From assembly GCA_022605425.2 (NCBI GenBank), contig CM061251.1:744001-808000 (forward strand): a DNA stretch of 64,000 nt, in the 5' to 3' direction. The stretch is from Hamiltosporidium tvaerminnensis FI-OER-3-3. Its lineage: Eukaryota > Fungi > Microsporidia. Positions 1 to 10,714 of this stretch are shown here, piece after piece (positions within the stretch are counted from its first letter, which is position 1; every line of letters begins with the position of its first letter). Both the position numbers and the translations under genes were made by a program. The notes under the pieces are model-generated. The model made no database searches, was not told where the DNA came from, and saw only the letters and a program-made list of their open reading frames with translations.

Positions 1-298
1 TCAGAAAGTGTAGAGTAAGTGGCAAGGCTGCATAGTCTTGGGGGAGCCCAGGAGGGGCTTCGGTCTTCGATCACACTCCATGCAACGGACATTAACGAAC
101 TTCAGGAAACTGCATCGCCTATTAATTAGGTTATACATACCCGGTAGATAAAAGTATTTGGGACGTAGGTATCGCTGGAGGTATAGATATAGTGTTGGGG
201 TTGCAGTCGTATATCTTAAACCTAGAACTGCGTTGATGTCATGAAAACAAATATAACACTTACTACTGCTTTAAAAAAATGTGATACTTTTGAACAAA
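1..298 (-). repeat. Interspersed repeat family A, partial copy cut by the window edge (strand given relative to the copy at 58328)
   Basis: Reverse complement aligns by eye with 58328-58627, including the GAGCCC..GGGCT hairpin and AACCTAGAACTGCGTT..TCATGAAAACAAAT. Confidence 0.85.
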
Positions 299-627
299 GA
301 TATTTGCTAAAATTTATGAGTGTATTATAATTTCCATATAAGTTTGCTTGAAGTTTAAAGTATAGAACCGTTGCCTATAAAAATATATGTTTTCTAAACA
401 AACTCGAGACTTTAACCTATCCATAACTTTTTAAAAAAGCGATTTCAGCTAAATATTATAATTTGTATCATTGGTATAATTATATTTTGTTTTTGGATCA
501 GTTGCCTGGAACAAAACCAAAGATTTTGATTATTAAAAACCTTAAATTTATAATAATAAATTAGTAGAATAATTTAAAATAAATTTTACGTACCTTTGAG
601 TATATAAATATAGTAAATATCACAAGA

Positions 628-844
628 TGTAGAGGATGTATGATCATTTAAAAACCATCTCCTTGGAAAAGTGTGTATTGAAATAGGGTGAAGATTATTG
701 CTGTCATGATGGTGGATATAAGGCACATTGGATCTATAGGGTAATTCCCGATAATTCCGGGTGTACCAGATTAAAAGAAACAAATGGAAACCTTCCATTT
801 TTTCATCCTCGATACTGAAAGGTAAAAGAGAACTGGAATAAATA
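628..844 (+). mobile_element. SINE-like retroposed element, family D
   Basis: Flanked by a perfect 16-bp direct repeat AGTAAATATCACAAGA (612-627, 845-860). An inverted homolog at 14451-14662 has a different TSD. Confidence 0.7.
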
Positions 845-2169
845 AGTAAATATCACAAGACTAGAAATTAATATTTTAACGTTATTGCTATACCAACCTT
901 ATTCTGTGTTACAAACATTCTTGAGGTATACATCATTATATTAAACAATTAAAATCTGTCTATAAAAACATTCTTAGAAAACTCGGTTTCTATAGACGTT
1001 GTTTCTCCTTAAAATATTATCATTTTTATAGAAAAGTAATATTACTTGAAGATATTTTAGGAACAAAATCGATCCCCAATGAAGTAAAATGTACGATATT
1101 CCTTTTTTTTGAAATACAAAAAATTCTGCAGAAGAAATTCTCGCGTTTTATTGTAACGAGAAATTTTCTTGTTAGTGATAATGACACATCCTATTGATTC
1201 TAATGATCTGTGAAGTTATGCTCCTCGATTTATATATTCCGATAGAGTCTCATGCTATATTAAGACTTAAACATGCAATGAGATCTTCAAATATATACCA
1301 ATGGAATTTTAAAATTTTTTTTATTAATGATAAACAAAGATTGATATAGTATCATCTGACAGTAAGAAGTTGTAAAACAAAAACTTACCGAAAAATTTTC
1401 TCTTGGATTTTAATTCATTAGCTAAAGGCATGACACTCTAATTTTCTAGAATAATTGACATAAAGAGAATAGTAATATTCACTTTTCCTGATTATACAAT
1501 ACAGATGTTCCAATATAAAAGAATCAAACACAAAGCCTAGATTCTTCTTGTAAAATGTTGAATTTCTCTCTAATAATATCAATTTTACTTCACTACAATG
1601 ATCTTAACCATTTACAAAATGCGTGAAATAATATTCGTTAAAATACAAGGTATTCAATATAGTATTAAAAATAAATATGAACTAGATTAAGCATTTATGT
1701 AATATTTTGAGATATGATTGGATTATCCCCTTTGGAAAATTCAAGTTTCAAAACAATTTATAATATTTACAATATAATATCCTCAATAAGAAATTTAGGT
1801 TTATAAAGAATAATTATTTTTTGTATGAAAGCTTTAACTCTAAATGCAAATATTATCTATTTGATGAAATATTTAAAATTTTTCTATTGTTTTTCTAATT
1901 CATGTTTTTCTCTATGTTTTAAAAAGATGTGATACTTTTAAATAAAGTTAAGCCATATAAAGAATGTATATAAATCAAATGTAAGTTACAATTTAGATTT
2001 TTGAGTTATAAAGACATTTACTTTTCGAAAACACAAGTTTCCAAACTTTAAGTCAACTATCTATATAATAATTTAACAGCTAATTAACCTTAGGAATAAT
2101 CTTTGAATATATTATAAGTAAAAACTAGTGTGGATTTTTATTACCTACTTGTATTGTTAAACCATGATT

Positions 2170-2800
2170 ATTACTTACTTACTTAATCAATAGAATTACG
2201 GCTCATTAAGAACCCTGACGTCATTTATTATAAACTTCTGCCTATCAAGATTAAGGCTATTTCTTTTCCAATTAATATTAAGGATTCTGAAATATTTTTA
2301 ATATCATCAAATCACCTGGTTTTCGAACGACTCAAATGTCTTCGACCTTCGGGCGAATATATACATCCTTTTTAAATACTCTATTTTATAACATTCGTTC
2401 AAGATGACCCAGTAGTCGAAGTATAGTTCTTTGCATCTCGTTTACCAATCCAGTATTTAGATATAAATTTTAAAGCTCGATGTTATTACGAATTCTCCAA
2501 TCTAATTGCTGATTTCTTATTAGTCCGTATATTCTCTGTAGTATTTTTCATTCCCACATGCCTAGTATCGCTTCATTACGCTTTGTCAACATCTAAGTTT
2601 CGCAGTAGTATATCACTATGGGTTCAAGAATAGTCTTTTATATTATTTTTTTGCTTTTCCATCTGAAAAGTGTTGATTTTAAGATTTTCTGTGAAGCCAA
2701 AACATGCATTCTTTTTTTCTTTAACTCTCTATTTTATTTCTACATTATTCTCTTTGATATTACAACTTGCTTTATATAAGTCCTTCCTTAAATTCACATC
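2170..2800 (-). mobile_element. 5'-truncated, degenerate RTE-clade LINE 3' end with (TAAG)n tail
   Basis: Minus-strand translation gives KILQRIYG..WRIRNNIEL, LLGHLERM and PEGRR..R*FDD, typical of the RTE C-terminus. TTAC repeats lie at 2171-2184. Confidence 0.75.
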
Positions 2801-2880
2801 TTTATTCCCCTTTCCACTATTCAGTTTAAAAAATTTTTCACCAAAATATAAAAAAAAGTCGCCCTAAAAAAAAGAAAAAA

Positions 2881-3429
2881 ATGTCCAAAAAAATACAATT
2901 CAACGATATATCAGACCTAAACGAAATATTTAACGTAATTGAAGAAATATTACCGCCAAAAAAAGAAGAAGACATTTTATTTCTAAAGAAACTTCGATCG
3001 ATTCTAAAAGCAAATTCCTCATTTACCAAAGAAGAACCCAAAGACACTATTTTGTCAAAAATAGCTGAAAAAGAAGAAGAAAGAGATATTAAAATGGTTG
3101 ATTTGGCTTTTTCAAGAAGAGATCTTCCTTTACAATTGTCAGTCGAGTACCAAAAAAACATACAAGCAGTAAAAAATCAATTACAAGAATTTAAAGAACA
3201 GAAATCTATAAACGAAACTACATCTCGCAAATCCTCTCATAAATCTCTGTTCCCACCAGAATATTATAATAATATTTTAAAAGACATTTTACATATAAAA
3301 AATCAAATACCTGTTTACAAAACAAAATTAGACCGAACAAAAGAAATTATTTTAAGTGAACAAACAGAACCTAAGAGTTGTAAACGTAGTATGTTTGACA
3401 CAATAAATAATATTTTTAATGAAGAATAA
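2881..3429 (+). CDS. Hypothetical protein, 182 aa, coiled-coil-rich
   Basis: Open ORF, CCC motif at 2862-2864 upstream, and the stop is part of AATAAA. Confidence 0.7.
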   Translation: MSKKIQFNDISDLNEIFNVIEEILPPKKEEDILFLKKLRSILKANSSFTKEEPKDTILSKIAEKEEERDIKMVDLAFSRRDLPLQLSVEYQKNIQAVKNQLQEFKEQKSINETTSRKSSHKSLFPPEYYNNILKDILHIKNQIPVYKTKLDRTKEIILSEQTEPKSCKRSMFDTINNIFNEE

Positions 3430-3519
3430 ATAGGTTCTTTAATAAATATTGTAAATATGGTTTTCATCAATAAAATACGTCTTTAATAATTTTAATTTGA
3501 TATTTTTTCCATTGAAATA

Positions 3520-3725
3520 TATTCTTAAAATCATCTTTTATTTAAATCTTTTTCTATTTAATTTTTACATTTATTTAAATCTTTTTCTATTTAATAATCT
3601 TTCCATTGAAATATTTCTATTTAATAATCTTTACATTTATTTAAATCTTTTTCTATTTAATAATCTTCTTTTCTTTAAATCTTCTTCTAGGTAATAATCT
3701 TTACATTGAAATATTTCTATTTAAT
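3520..3725. repeat. Degenerate intergenic tandem repeat (ATTTAAATCTTTTTCTATTTAATAATCTTT units)
   Basis: Repeated units are visible directly in the sequence. Confidence 0.75.
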
Positions 3726-3822
3726 AATTTTTTTTTCTTTAAATTTATTTCCCCTAAAATCTCTATTTCAATTTAATAATCTCTACTTTTCTATTTTAAT
3801 AATTTTAAAGATTGTAAGACCC

Positions 3823-4047
3823 ATGGATGTGATTATAGAAGTAGATGACTTATTATTGGGTAATGAAGAATTAAAAATATTAAATTATAATGAAGAATGT
3901 ATGGAGATGAGGGTTAAAATAGGAAATAAAATATTTTTAACTAAAATTATAGAAATAAATACAACTAATGTATTAAAATATGTGGAACATAATGTTTTTT
4001 CAAAACATAAAGCTATAATAAAAAAGGAAAATGAAATAAAAATTTAG
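3823..4047 (+). CDS. Small hypothetical protein, 74 aa (MDVIIEVDD...), possibly TFIIIC subunit 6/Tfc7-like
   Basis: CCC immediately precedes ATG 3823, which is in frame with track ORF 3706. The upstream part of that ORF is repeat-derived. Family call is only a weak pattern match. Confidence 0.6.
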   Translation: MDVIIEVDDLLLGNEELKILNYNEECMEMRVKIGNKIFLTKIIEINTTNVLKYVEHNVFSKHKAIIKKENEIKI

Positions 4048-4470
4048 AAATTATTTAAAACACAAATGGAAATAAAAAAATTTAGAAATTTGGAAATTAA
4101 GGATTTAGAAATTATTTAAAATACAAATGGAAATAAAAAAAAATAGAAAAAATAAAATTTACAAATTAAGGATTTAAAAATATAAAAATTCCTTTACAAA
4201 AAAAATCGACATAAAACAAATGGAAATAAAATTTACAATTGCTAATTTACAAATAAAAAAATATAAGAATATAAGAATATAAGAATATTTTAAAACACAC
4301 ATGGAAATAAAAAATAAAAAAATATAAAAATATAAGAATATAAGAATATTTTAAAACACACATGGAAATAAAAAATAAAAAAATATAAAAATCTTTTAAA
4401 ACAGAGCAATAATTAAAAAATAAAAATCTAATTTATTTTTTTTTTTAACCAAAAGTAATAAAAATATTTT

Positions 4471-4707
4471 TTATGAATTCTCCATTTCTTTTAAAAATAA
4501 TTCTTTGTTTTTCTGCTTGTTTTGTATTTTTTCCTGTCGTTTGACTTCTTTCTCATTTTTTTTAGATTCGTCTTTGGCACCAATAGCCCAAAACTTAGTA
4601 AGTTCTTCTTCTCTCTTTTCATCTTCCTTTCGTTTTTTTTCTTGTTCGCGTTTTTCCTTCTTTAGTTTTCCTTCTAATTTTTTTTCAAAATTTCTGGTTT
4701 TTCCCAT
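4471..4707 (-). CDS. LSO2: Ribosome hibernation/recycling factor Lso2 (CCDC124 family)
   Basis: MGK start, charged helix, W-x-x-G-x-K and E-x-KRQEK..K..L..E match yeast Lso2 (WEQGSRK..EEQKRQEK). Confidence 0.85.
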   Translation of the reverse strand: MGKTRNFEKKLEGKLKKEKREQEKKRKEDEKREEELTKFWAIGAKDESKKNEKEVKRQEKIQNKQKNKELFLKEMENS

Positions 4708-4870
4708 TTTTTTTTGTTGAGTAAGAAATAGGAGTTCTTTTTTAAAAAAAATTTATTTTTTTATTTATTTTGTAACATAAAGTTACATTGGCTGGTTGTT
4801 TTTATTTACAAATTGTTCTTATCGTTTACTGTTTAAAGATTAGAAATACCTTTTGATTGGTTATTTTATT

Positions 4871-5085
4871 TTTGGAATTTTTAAAAACTGACAAAGAATA
4901 CTGAAATCAAAAAAAAATTGTGTTTAAATTTATTTTACTTTCAATTTATAAATATTCGAGCATTTGAAAACTTTGGAATTTTTAAAAACTGACAAAGAAC
5001 TGAAATCAAAAAAAATTTTGTTTAAATTTATTTTACTTTCAATTTATAAATATTCGAGCAGTTGAAAACTTTGGAATTTTTAAAA
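4871..5085. repeat. ~100-bp tandem duplication (2 copies plus a partial)
   Basis: TTTGGAATTTTTAAAAACTGACAAAGAA... restarts at ~4871, ~4972 and ~5070. Confidence 0.85.
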
Positions 5086-5452
5086 GACACAGTTTTAAAT
5101 TTTTAAAAAACTAAAGAAAAAATATTTCTAAAAACAGAATTTTATATTTTTAAAAAACTAAATAAAAAATATTTCGAAAAACAGAATTTTATATTTTTTA
5201 CAAACGAAATGAAAAAATATTTTACAAATGAAATAAAAAAAATTTTAAAAAAATGAAATAAGAAAATATTTTTTACAAACGAAATAAAAAAATATTTTAC
5301 AAATGAAATAAAAAAATATTTTAAAAAAGGAAATAAAAAAATATTTTACAAATGAAATAAAAAAATATTTAAAAAAACAAATATAACAGTTAAATCCATC
5401 ATAAAAATATAATTTCTTTAATTATTTTATATTTCTTAACAAATACATTCCC

Positions 5453-5778
5453 ATGGATGATTTTAAAGATTTAAAAAGATTTGAAAACGATAATTTAATT
5501 GGTTGTAAAGAAAGAATATTTAAAGTAGAAGAAATATTTCCATTTAAAATATATTTCTGTCCAAATAATATCGGTGTAGTAACACTACTCAACAAAAACA
5601 TGAAATACAGTTTTTATGGCGTTGAAATTAATAAAAAAGTAAAAAAAAATTTGAATTTATTGAAATTGAAAATAAAAAATATGGACTGCCATTTAAATGT
5701 AAAATAATTGAATTACAAGAAAATAATAACGAATATTTTACAGAATATATTGCTATTGTTTTAAGATTTGGTAAATAA
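5453..5778 (+). CDS. Abitram/FAM206A-like protein (~108 aa) with a frameshift in the A9 run at 5641-5649
   Basis: CCC-ATG start. Adding one A joins NNIGVVTL to KFEFIEIENKKYGLPFKCKIIELQE..EYIAIVLRFGK*, resembling the FAM206A motifs SNRICVITL and GYIAVVLPK. Confidence 0.6.
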
Positions 5779-6115
5779 GATTTCAATTTCTAAAAAATAT
5801 ATTTTCATATTTCTGTTTCTTTCAATTTCTATTTAAAAATATATTTTCTTATTTCTGTTTTTTAAAAATATATTTTCTAATTGATTTCTTATCTATTTTT
5901 ATTAAATAATTTCTAATTTCTTGTTCTTTTATACTACTTTCTAAATTCTGTTTCTTCAAAATATAATTTCGTATTTCAATTTCTTAAATATATTTTCTTA
6001 TTTCTATTTCTTAAAAATATTTTTTCTCTTCATAATATCAATTTTCTTTCTTCAAAATATATTTCCTCTTCTAAATATTTTTTTCTCCTTCATAATATTT
6101 TATTGTTCCCCTTAA

Positions 6116-6487
6116 ATGAATAACAAATATGAAAGTTTTTATTCATTTTATATAAAATCAGTTGTAAACACAATAAAAGAAAAAAAATTTACAGATCAAT
6201 TGAAATATATTTTAGAAAATAAAATAAAAATAATAATTATTGATTATTGTGGTTTAATATTAAAATTATATCCATATTTTGTAAATATTGATATGGAATA
6301 TTATTATGTTTATGATGTGTATAAATGTAAAAAAGAATTGAATGAATTGTTTTCTTATGGTGATATTGTATTTGTATTTATAGATTTTACTATAAATAAA
6401 ATGTGTGGTAATTCTGATATGTGTGAGTGTGGATATTGTAGGAAATACAGTGATAATGTTTTAATATTTTCTAATTTAAATATTTAA
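6116..6487 (+). CDS. Hypothetical protein, 123 aa, with C-terminal Cys cluster (CxCxxC)
   Basis: Open ORF with CCCC at 6108-6111 upstream of the ATG. Confidence 0.65.
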   Translation: MNNKYESFYSFYIKSVVNTIKEKKFTDQLKYILENKIKIIIIDYCGLILKLYPYFVNIDMEYYYVYDVYKCKKELNELFSYGDIVFVFIDFTINKMCGNSDMCECGYCRKYSDNVLIFSNLNI

Positions 6488-6585
6488 AAATATATTTTTA
6501 TAGAATGGAATATATTTGATATTTTACCAATATATTATGTTTAATAATTTATTTTAATATTTGATTTGAAATTTGACTTAATATA

Positions 6586-6815
6586 AAAATACCTAAAAAT
6601 TTAATTTAATTAATAAAAACAATACCTAAAAATTTAATTTAATTAATAGAAACAATACCTAAAAATTTAATTTAATTAATAGAAAAATAACTAAAAATTT
6701 AATTTAATTAATAGAAAAATAACTAAAAATTTAATTTAATTAATAGAATCAATAACTAAAAATTTAATTTAATTAATATAATCAATAACTAAAAATTTAA
6801 TTTAAATAATAGAAA
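6586..6815. repeat. ~31-33-bp tandem repeat, about 7 copies
   Basis: CTAAAAATTTAATTTAATTAATAGAA units. Confidence 0.85.
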
Positions 6816-7176
6816 AACTTTTACAAATATAAAAATACCTAAAAATATTATGAAAACATAAATGTGATTTGTAAAAAGCCAACCAAAAAACCTAAAATAG
6901 TAACAAAATAAAAAAATATAAAATTAGAATCCTAAATTAAAATAAAAAAATATAGAAAATACTAAAAAATATAGAAAATACTAAAAAATATAAAATTAGA
7001 ATCCTAAATTAGAAATAAAATTTTATTTAAAAATACTAAAAAAATATAGAAAATACTAAAAAATATAAAATTAGAATCCTAAATTAGAAATAAAATTTTA
7101 TTTAAAAATAACAAATTTCTATCTAAAATACTAATATAAAATACTAAGAAATATAAAATTAGAAATAAAATTTTAT

Positions 7177-8619
7177 TTAAAAATAACAAATTTTGCTATC
7201 TTTGATAAATTGAAATTCTACTTTATGACCAACCAACTTTCTTATATTAGAAACATTATATTTTATCATCGTAGGTCTTTCAAGTGACAATCCCCATCCT
7301 AAGACACGTACATTATCTTCAAATCCCATAGGTTTAAGCATTTCTGGTCTAAACACACCAGAATTACCAACTTCAATCCATTTTTTTAATCCTTCGTGGT
7401 AAGCAAAAACTTCCATACTTGGTTCCGTGTACGGATTATACGCGGGTTTGAATTTTATTCTGTCCATATTTAATTTTCTAAAAAATTGTTTAATTATTGC
7501 CATCAGATGTCCCAATCCTATATTTTTACCTACAACCACTCCTTCCACCTGATGAAACTCTGCCAGGTGTGTGGCATCTACACTTTCGTTTCTAAAAACT
7601 TTATCGATTGAAAAATATTTTCCCGGCACAAAATCTTTTGCAGCCAACTGATATAGCAATCTACAACTCGAGGCAGTAGTATGTGTTCGTAGAACAGGTC
7701 TTCTTGTTTCTTTTTCATCAAATTCATACAAATAACCACTTGAGCCGTATCCTCCTCTCATATGAACATTTTTTACTCTTTCCAGGTATTTTTCAGGCAC
7801 TACTTCGTCTGTAAATTCATCAGTCGTAAAAAAAGTATCGTGAGAATCACGAGAAGGATGGTTCTGTGGTTGAAATAAAGCATCAAAATTCCAAAAACTG
7901 GTTTCCACGTATCTATTGGTCGGCATTTCTTCAAATCCCATTTCTAAAAATATTTTTCTAAATTCTTCTCGTATTTTCATCATCGGATGTAATTCACCAG
8001 CCATTGGCAAAATTCCAGAAGAATCAAAATTGTAAGATTTAAAACTCTTAGCCTTATAACTTCCATCCAACACCATTTTATGTGTCAAATCAGTTTCTAA
8101 CTTCTCTATCTCATTACAATAATTCACACCTCTAAATATAGAATATTCAACTTTTTTCTTTTTTACAATTAATTTTCTTTTAATCAACGAATTTAGCATT
8201 TCAACCGATATTTTTTTACTAAAATTGTTACAATTTATTTCTTTTAAAGATTCACACACATCATCAGTAATTTCACAAACATTTTTATAAATTCGATCTC
8301 CTCTCTTAACTACCCACTGCTTTTTAAAAGCATTCAATTTTCCAATTTCATATTTTTTTGATTCCTCAATTTCCATTCCCTTAGAAGATATCAAATTATA
8401 AAAAATATATTCATGACTTCCATTCTCTAATATAGAATTACCCTCATCGCTTAATACATAATAGTACTCATCATTAGAAATGTATTTTATTAAACCTTTA
8501 CTCTCAAGACTCATAAGTGTCCCTGTTATACTTTTACCATCTTCAGATATTCCTTTGGATGTAATTGAAGATGAAATGTATAATTTATTAAGAATTAGTT
8601 TTGCTATTTCTTCATCCAT
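7177..8619 (-). CDS. FRS2: Cytosolic phenylalanyl-tRNA synthetase alpha subunit
   Basis: FWNFDALFQPQNHPSRDSHDTF, LRTHTTA, FRNESVDATHLAEFHQVEG, YNPYTEPSME and GWGLSLERP motifs; CCC upstream. Confidence 0.98.
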   Translation of the reverse strand: MDEEIAKLILNKLYISSSITSKGISEDGKSITGTLMSLESKGLIKYISNDEYYYVLSDEGNSILENGSHEYIFYNLISSKGMEIEESKKYEIGKLNAFKKQWVVKRGDRIYKNVCEITDDVCESLKEINCNNFSKKISVEMLNSLIKRKLIVKKKKVEYSIFRGVNYCNEIEKLETDLTHKMVLDGSYKAKSFKSYNFDSSGILPMAGELHPMMKIREEFRKIFLEMGFEEMPTNRYVETSFWNFDALFQPQNHPSRDSHDTFFTTDEFTDEVVPEKYLERVKNVHMRGGYGSSGYLYEFDEKETRRPVLRTHTTASSCRLLYQLAAKDFVPGKYFSIDKVFRNESVDATHLAEFHQVEGVVVGKNIGLGHLMAIIKQFFRKLNMDRIKFKPAYNPYTEPSMEVFAYHEGLKKWIEVGNSGVFRPEMLKPMGFEDNVRVLGWGLSLERPTMIKYNVSNIRKLVGHKVEFQFIKDSKICYF

Positions 8620-8665
8620 TTTATGGGTTATTTCTTTTCAGTTTTCTACTTTCTTTATAAAAAAA

Positions 8666-8772
8666 TTTATAAGAGAAGAGATTTATAAGAGAAGAGATTT
8701 ATAAGAGAAGAGATTTAAAAGAGAAGAGATTTATAATTTAAAAAATTTATAAGAGAAGAGATTTATAAGAGA
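8666..8772. repeat. 16-bp tandem repeat TTTATAAGAGAAGAGA upstream of PheRS
   Basis: About 6 copies are visible. Confidence 0.85.
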
Positions 8773-9427
8773 AATTGAAGATAAGAAATTTTGAGAAATA
8801 AGAAATTTTGTAAAAATAAAATAAATTACTAGTAATAGATAAATATTTATAAAAAAAAAATGTAAAAAATATAAAATTTAAAATTTAAAAACCTTTTTTT
8901 TTATTTTAAATTCCTAATTATAAAAAAAATATTTCTTAAAAAAAAGCATAAAAATAGAAAATAAAATAAATGTTTATTAAAAATTTAAAGTTTATTTAAT
9001 TAAAAAATTTTTTTTTCTTATTATAAAGAAGAAATAGATTATAAAAATAAAAAATATAATTTTTTATCATATAAAAGGTATTTTTAGTTTTTATTTTATT
9101 CAAAGCTGTAATAATTTAAATATTTATTTTTTCTTTTAAAAAAAAAACATTTTATACAAATTACCAAATATGAATAAAATAAAAACTAAAAATACCTTTT
9201 ATATGATAAAAAAAGTTTGAAAAATATAACAGTTTTCCTTCTACTAATTATAAAAAATTTAAAGATTTACTTCTATTAATAAAATAATTAAATAAAGAAA
9301 TAAAGAATTCCTATTATTCTCATTTATAAGTATTTTTTTAAATAAATAAAAATCTACTTTCCTTAAAAATAATTAAATATTAAAATTATAAAGAAATAAT
9401 AAAAAAATATATTTCAGACCCTTTTAA

Positions 9428-9652
9428 ATGTCTGCCTTATTTAACTTTGATTCTTTAATGAGAGTTAGTGTTTTAGTAATTTGTACTTCTACTTATATAA
9501 AAAAACATTTTCCTTCTATGATATCTAAAGAAAGTAAAGGTATTTCATCTGTATTTTATAAATCTTCTGTGATTGGAGAGAGACTTTCTCCGTATGTAAG
9601 TATTACATGTATAGTATTTGGTTTTATGTCGTTGAAATCTTTGGTTTTTTAG
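9428..9652 (+). CDS. KSH1: Protein Kish (TMEM167/DUF1242), Golgi secretory-pathway protein
   Basis: MSALFNF.SL....L.ICT.TY and IGERLSPYVS..C motifs; CCC upstream. Confidence 0.95.
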   Translation: MSALFNFDSLMRVSVLVICTSTYIKKHFPSMISKESKGISSVFYKSSVIGERLSPYVSITCIVFGFMSLKSLVF

Positions 9653-10110
9653 AATAAAAAAATATTTTTCTTGTTTTTATTGATTGTGGTGTTTTATTGT
9701 AGAAATCTTTGGTTTTTTAGAATAAAAAATATTTTTCTTGTTTTTATTGATTTTGATATTTTATTGTAGAAATCTTTGGTTTTTTAGAATAAAAATATTT
9801 TATTTATGCATATTCTTGAGTTTTTGGCTTCAAAACCGAGAGGTAAAAGTGGACTAGAAAAGTAAGTAAGTTGGTTTTTCCAAAAAAGAAATGTAAAAAA
9901 ACAAAAATATATTTTATTTATGCATATCTTAAGTTTCTTCGTTGTAAAAATATAGAAAAATTTAAAAAATATATTTTATTTATGCATATCTTAAGTTTCT
10001 TCGTTGTAAAAATAGAAAAATTTAAAAAATATTTTATTTATGCATATCTGAAGTTTCTTCTTTGTAAAAAGATAGAAAAATTTAAAAAATATATTTTATT
10101 TATGCGTATT
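9635..10110. repeat. Tandem duplications of gene 3' ends: ~68 bp x2.5 from the Kish end and ~60 bp x3.5 from the end of the 10100 gene
   Basis: AAATCTTTGGTTTTTTAGAATAAAAA occurs three times; ATATTTTATTTATGC(A/G)TAT occurs five times. Confidence 0.85.
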
Positions 10111-10429
10111 CATTTTTCTTTTTTGTCAAAACATTAAGTAATTCAGTGTCATTTGGATTTATTTCTTCCAATATTTGTGACCAATCACAATTTAGAACCT
10201 GGTATGCGTACATATAATATTCAGAGGCTAGGTTTTTATCACCAGATGATGCTAGTCTTTTGGCTTCGTTTAAAGTTGTTTTTATCACTTCGTTTTCTGA
10301 TGAACTTTTTTTCTTCACATATAAGTCTGAAAGATAATTTTCATCGTTTAAAAGTTTATTGAATTGGTATTTGTAAAATCTATAAATTAAATAAAAAGAA
10401 ATTGAAGTAAAGAAAAATTTTCGTAACAT
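10100..10429 (-). CDS. N-terminally anchored single-TPR-like protein, 109 aa; candidate divergent Tom20
   Basis: Start re-placed at MLRKFF because CCC lies just upstream. Hydrophobic N-terminal segment, basic linker and a TPR-like helix pair; the stop is followed by AATAAA. Confidence 0.65.
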   Translation of the reverse strand: MLRKFFFTSISFYLIYRFYKYQFNKLLNDENYLSDLYVKKKSSSENEVIKTTLNEAKRLASSGDKNLASEYYMYAYQVLNCDWSQILEEINPNDTELLNVLTKKKNEYA

Positions 10430-10714
10430 AAAAGGGATGGTCAAGTTGTATTTTTTTAAAGCGGCGTTTTTTAAGTTCGATTTAATAAATTCTATGTAAT
10501 AAATATATTTTGGTAAAATAGAATATTTAATATTTTTTTAGAATGAAGAGATTGGTTTCGAAATTAAATAAATGATGAAATAAAGCTGTGATCAAATGAA
10601 TATATTTATAATTCAAGTTTTGTACATTACGAACATAAAATAAATGATGAAATAAAGCTGTGATCAAATGAATATATTTATAATTCAAGTTTTGTACATT
10701 ACGAACATAAAATG

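Noticed and set aside
3497-3822. F/L/N-rich ORFs at 3497 and 3706 (similar ORFs at 9871, 34654, 53062, 61894)
   Set aside because: Products of AT-rich tandem repeats or non-ATG starts, with no CCC signal or recognisable motifs.
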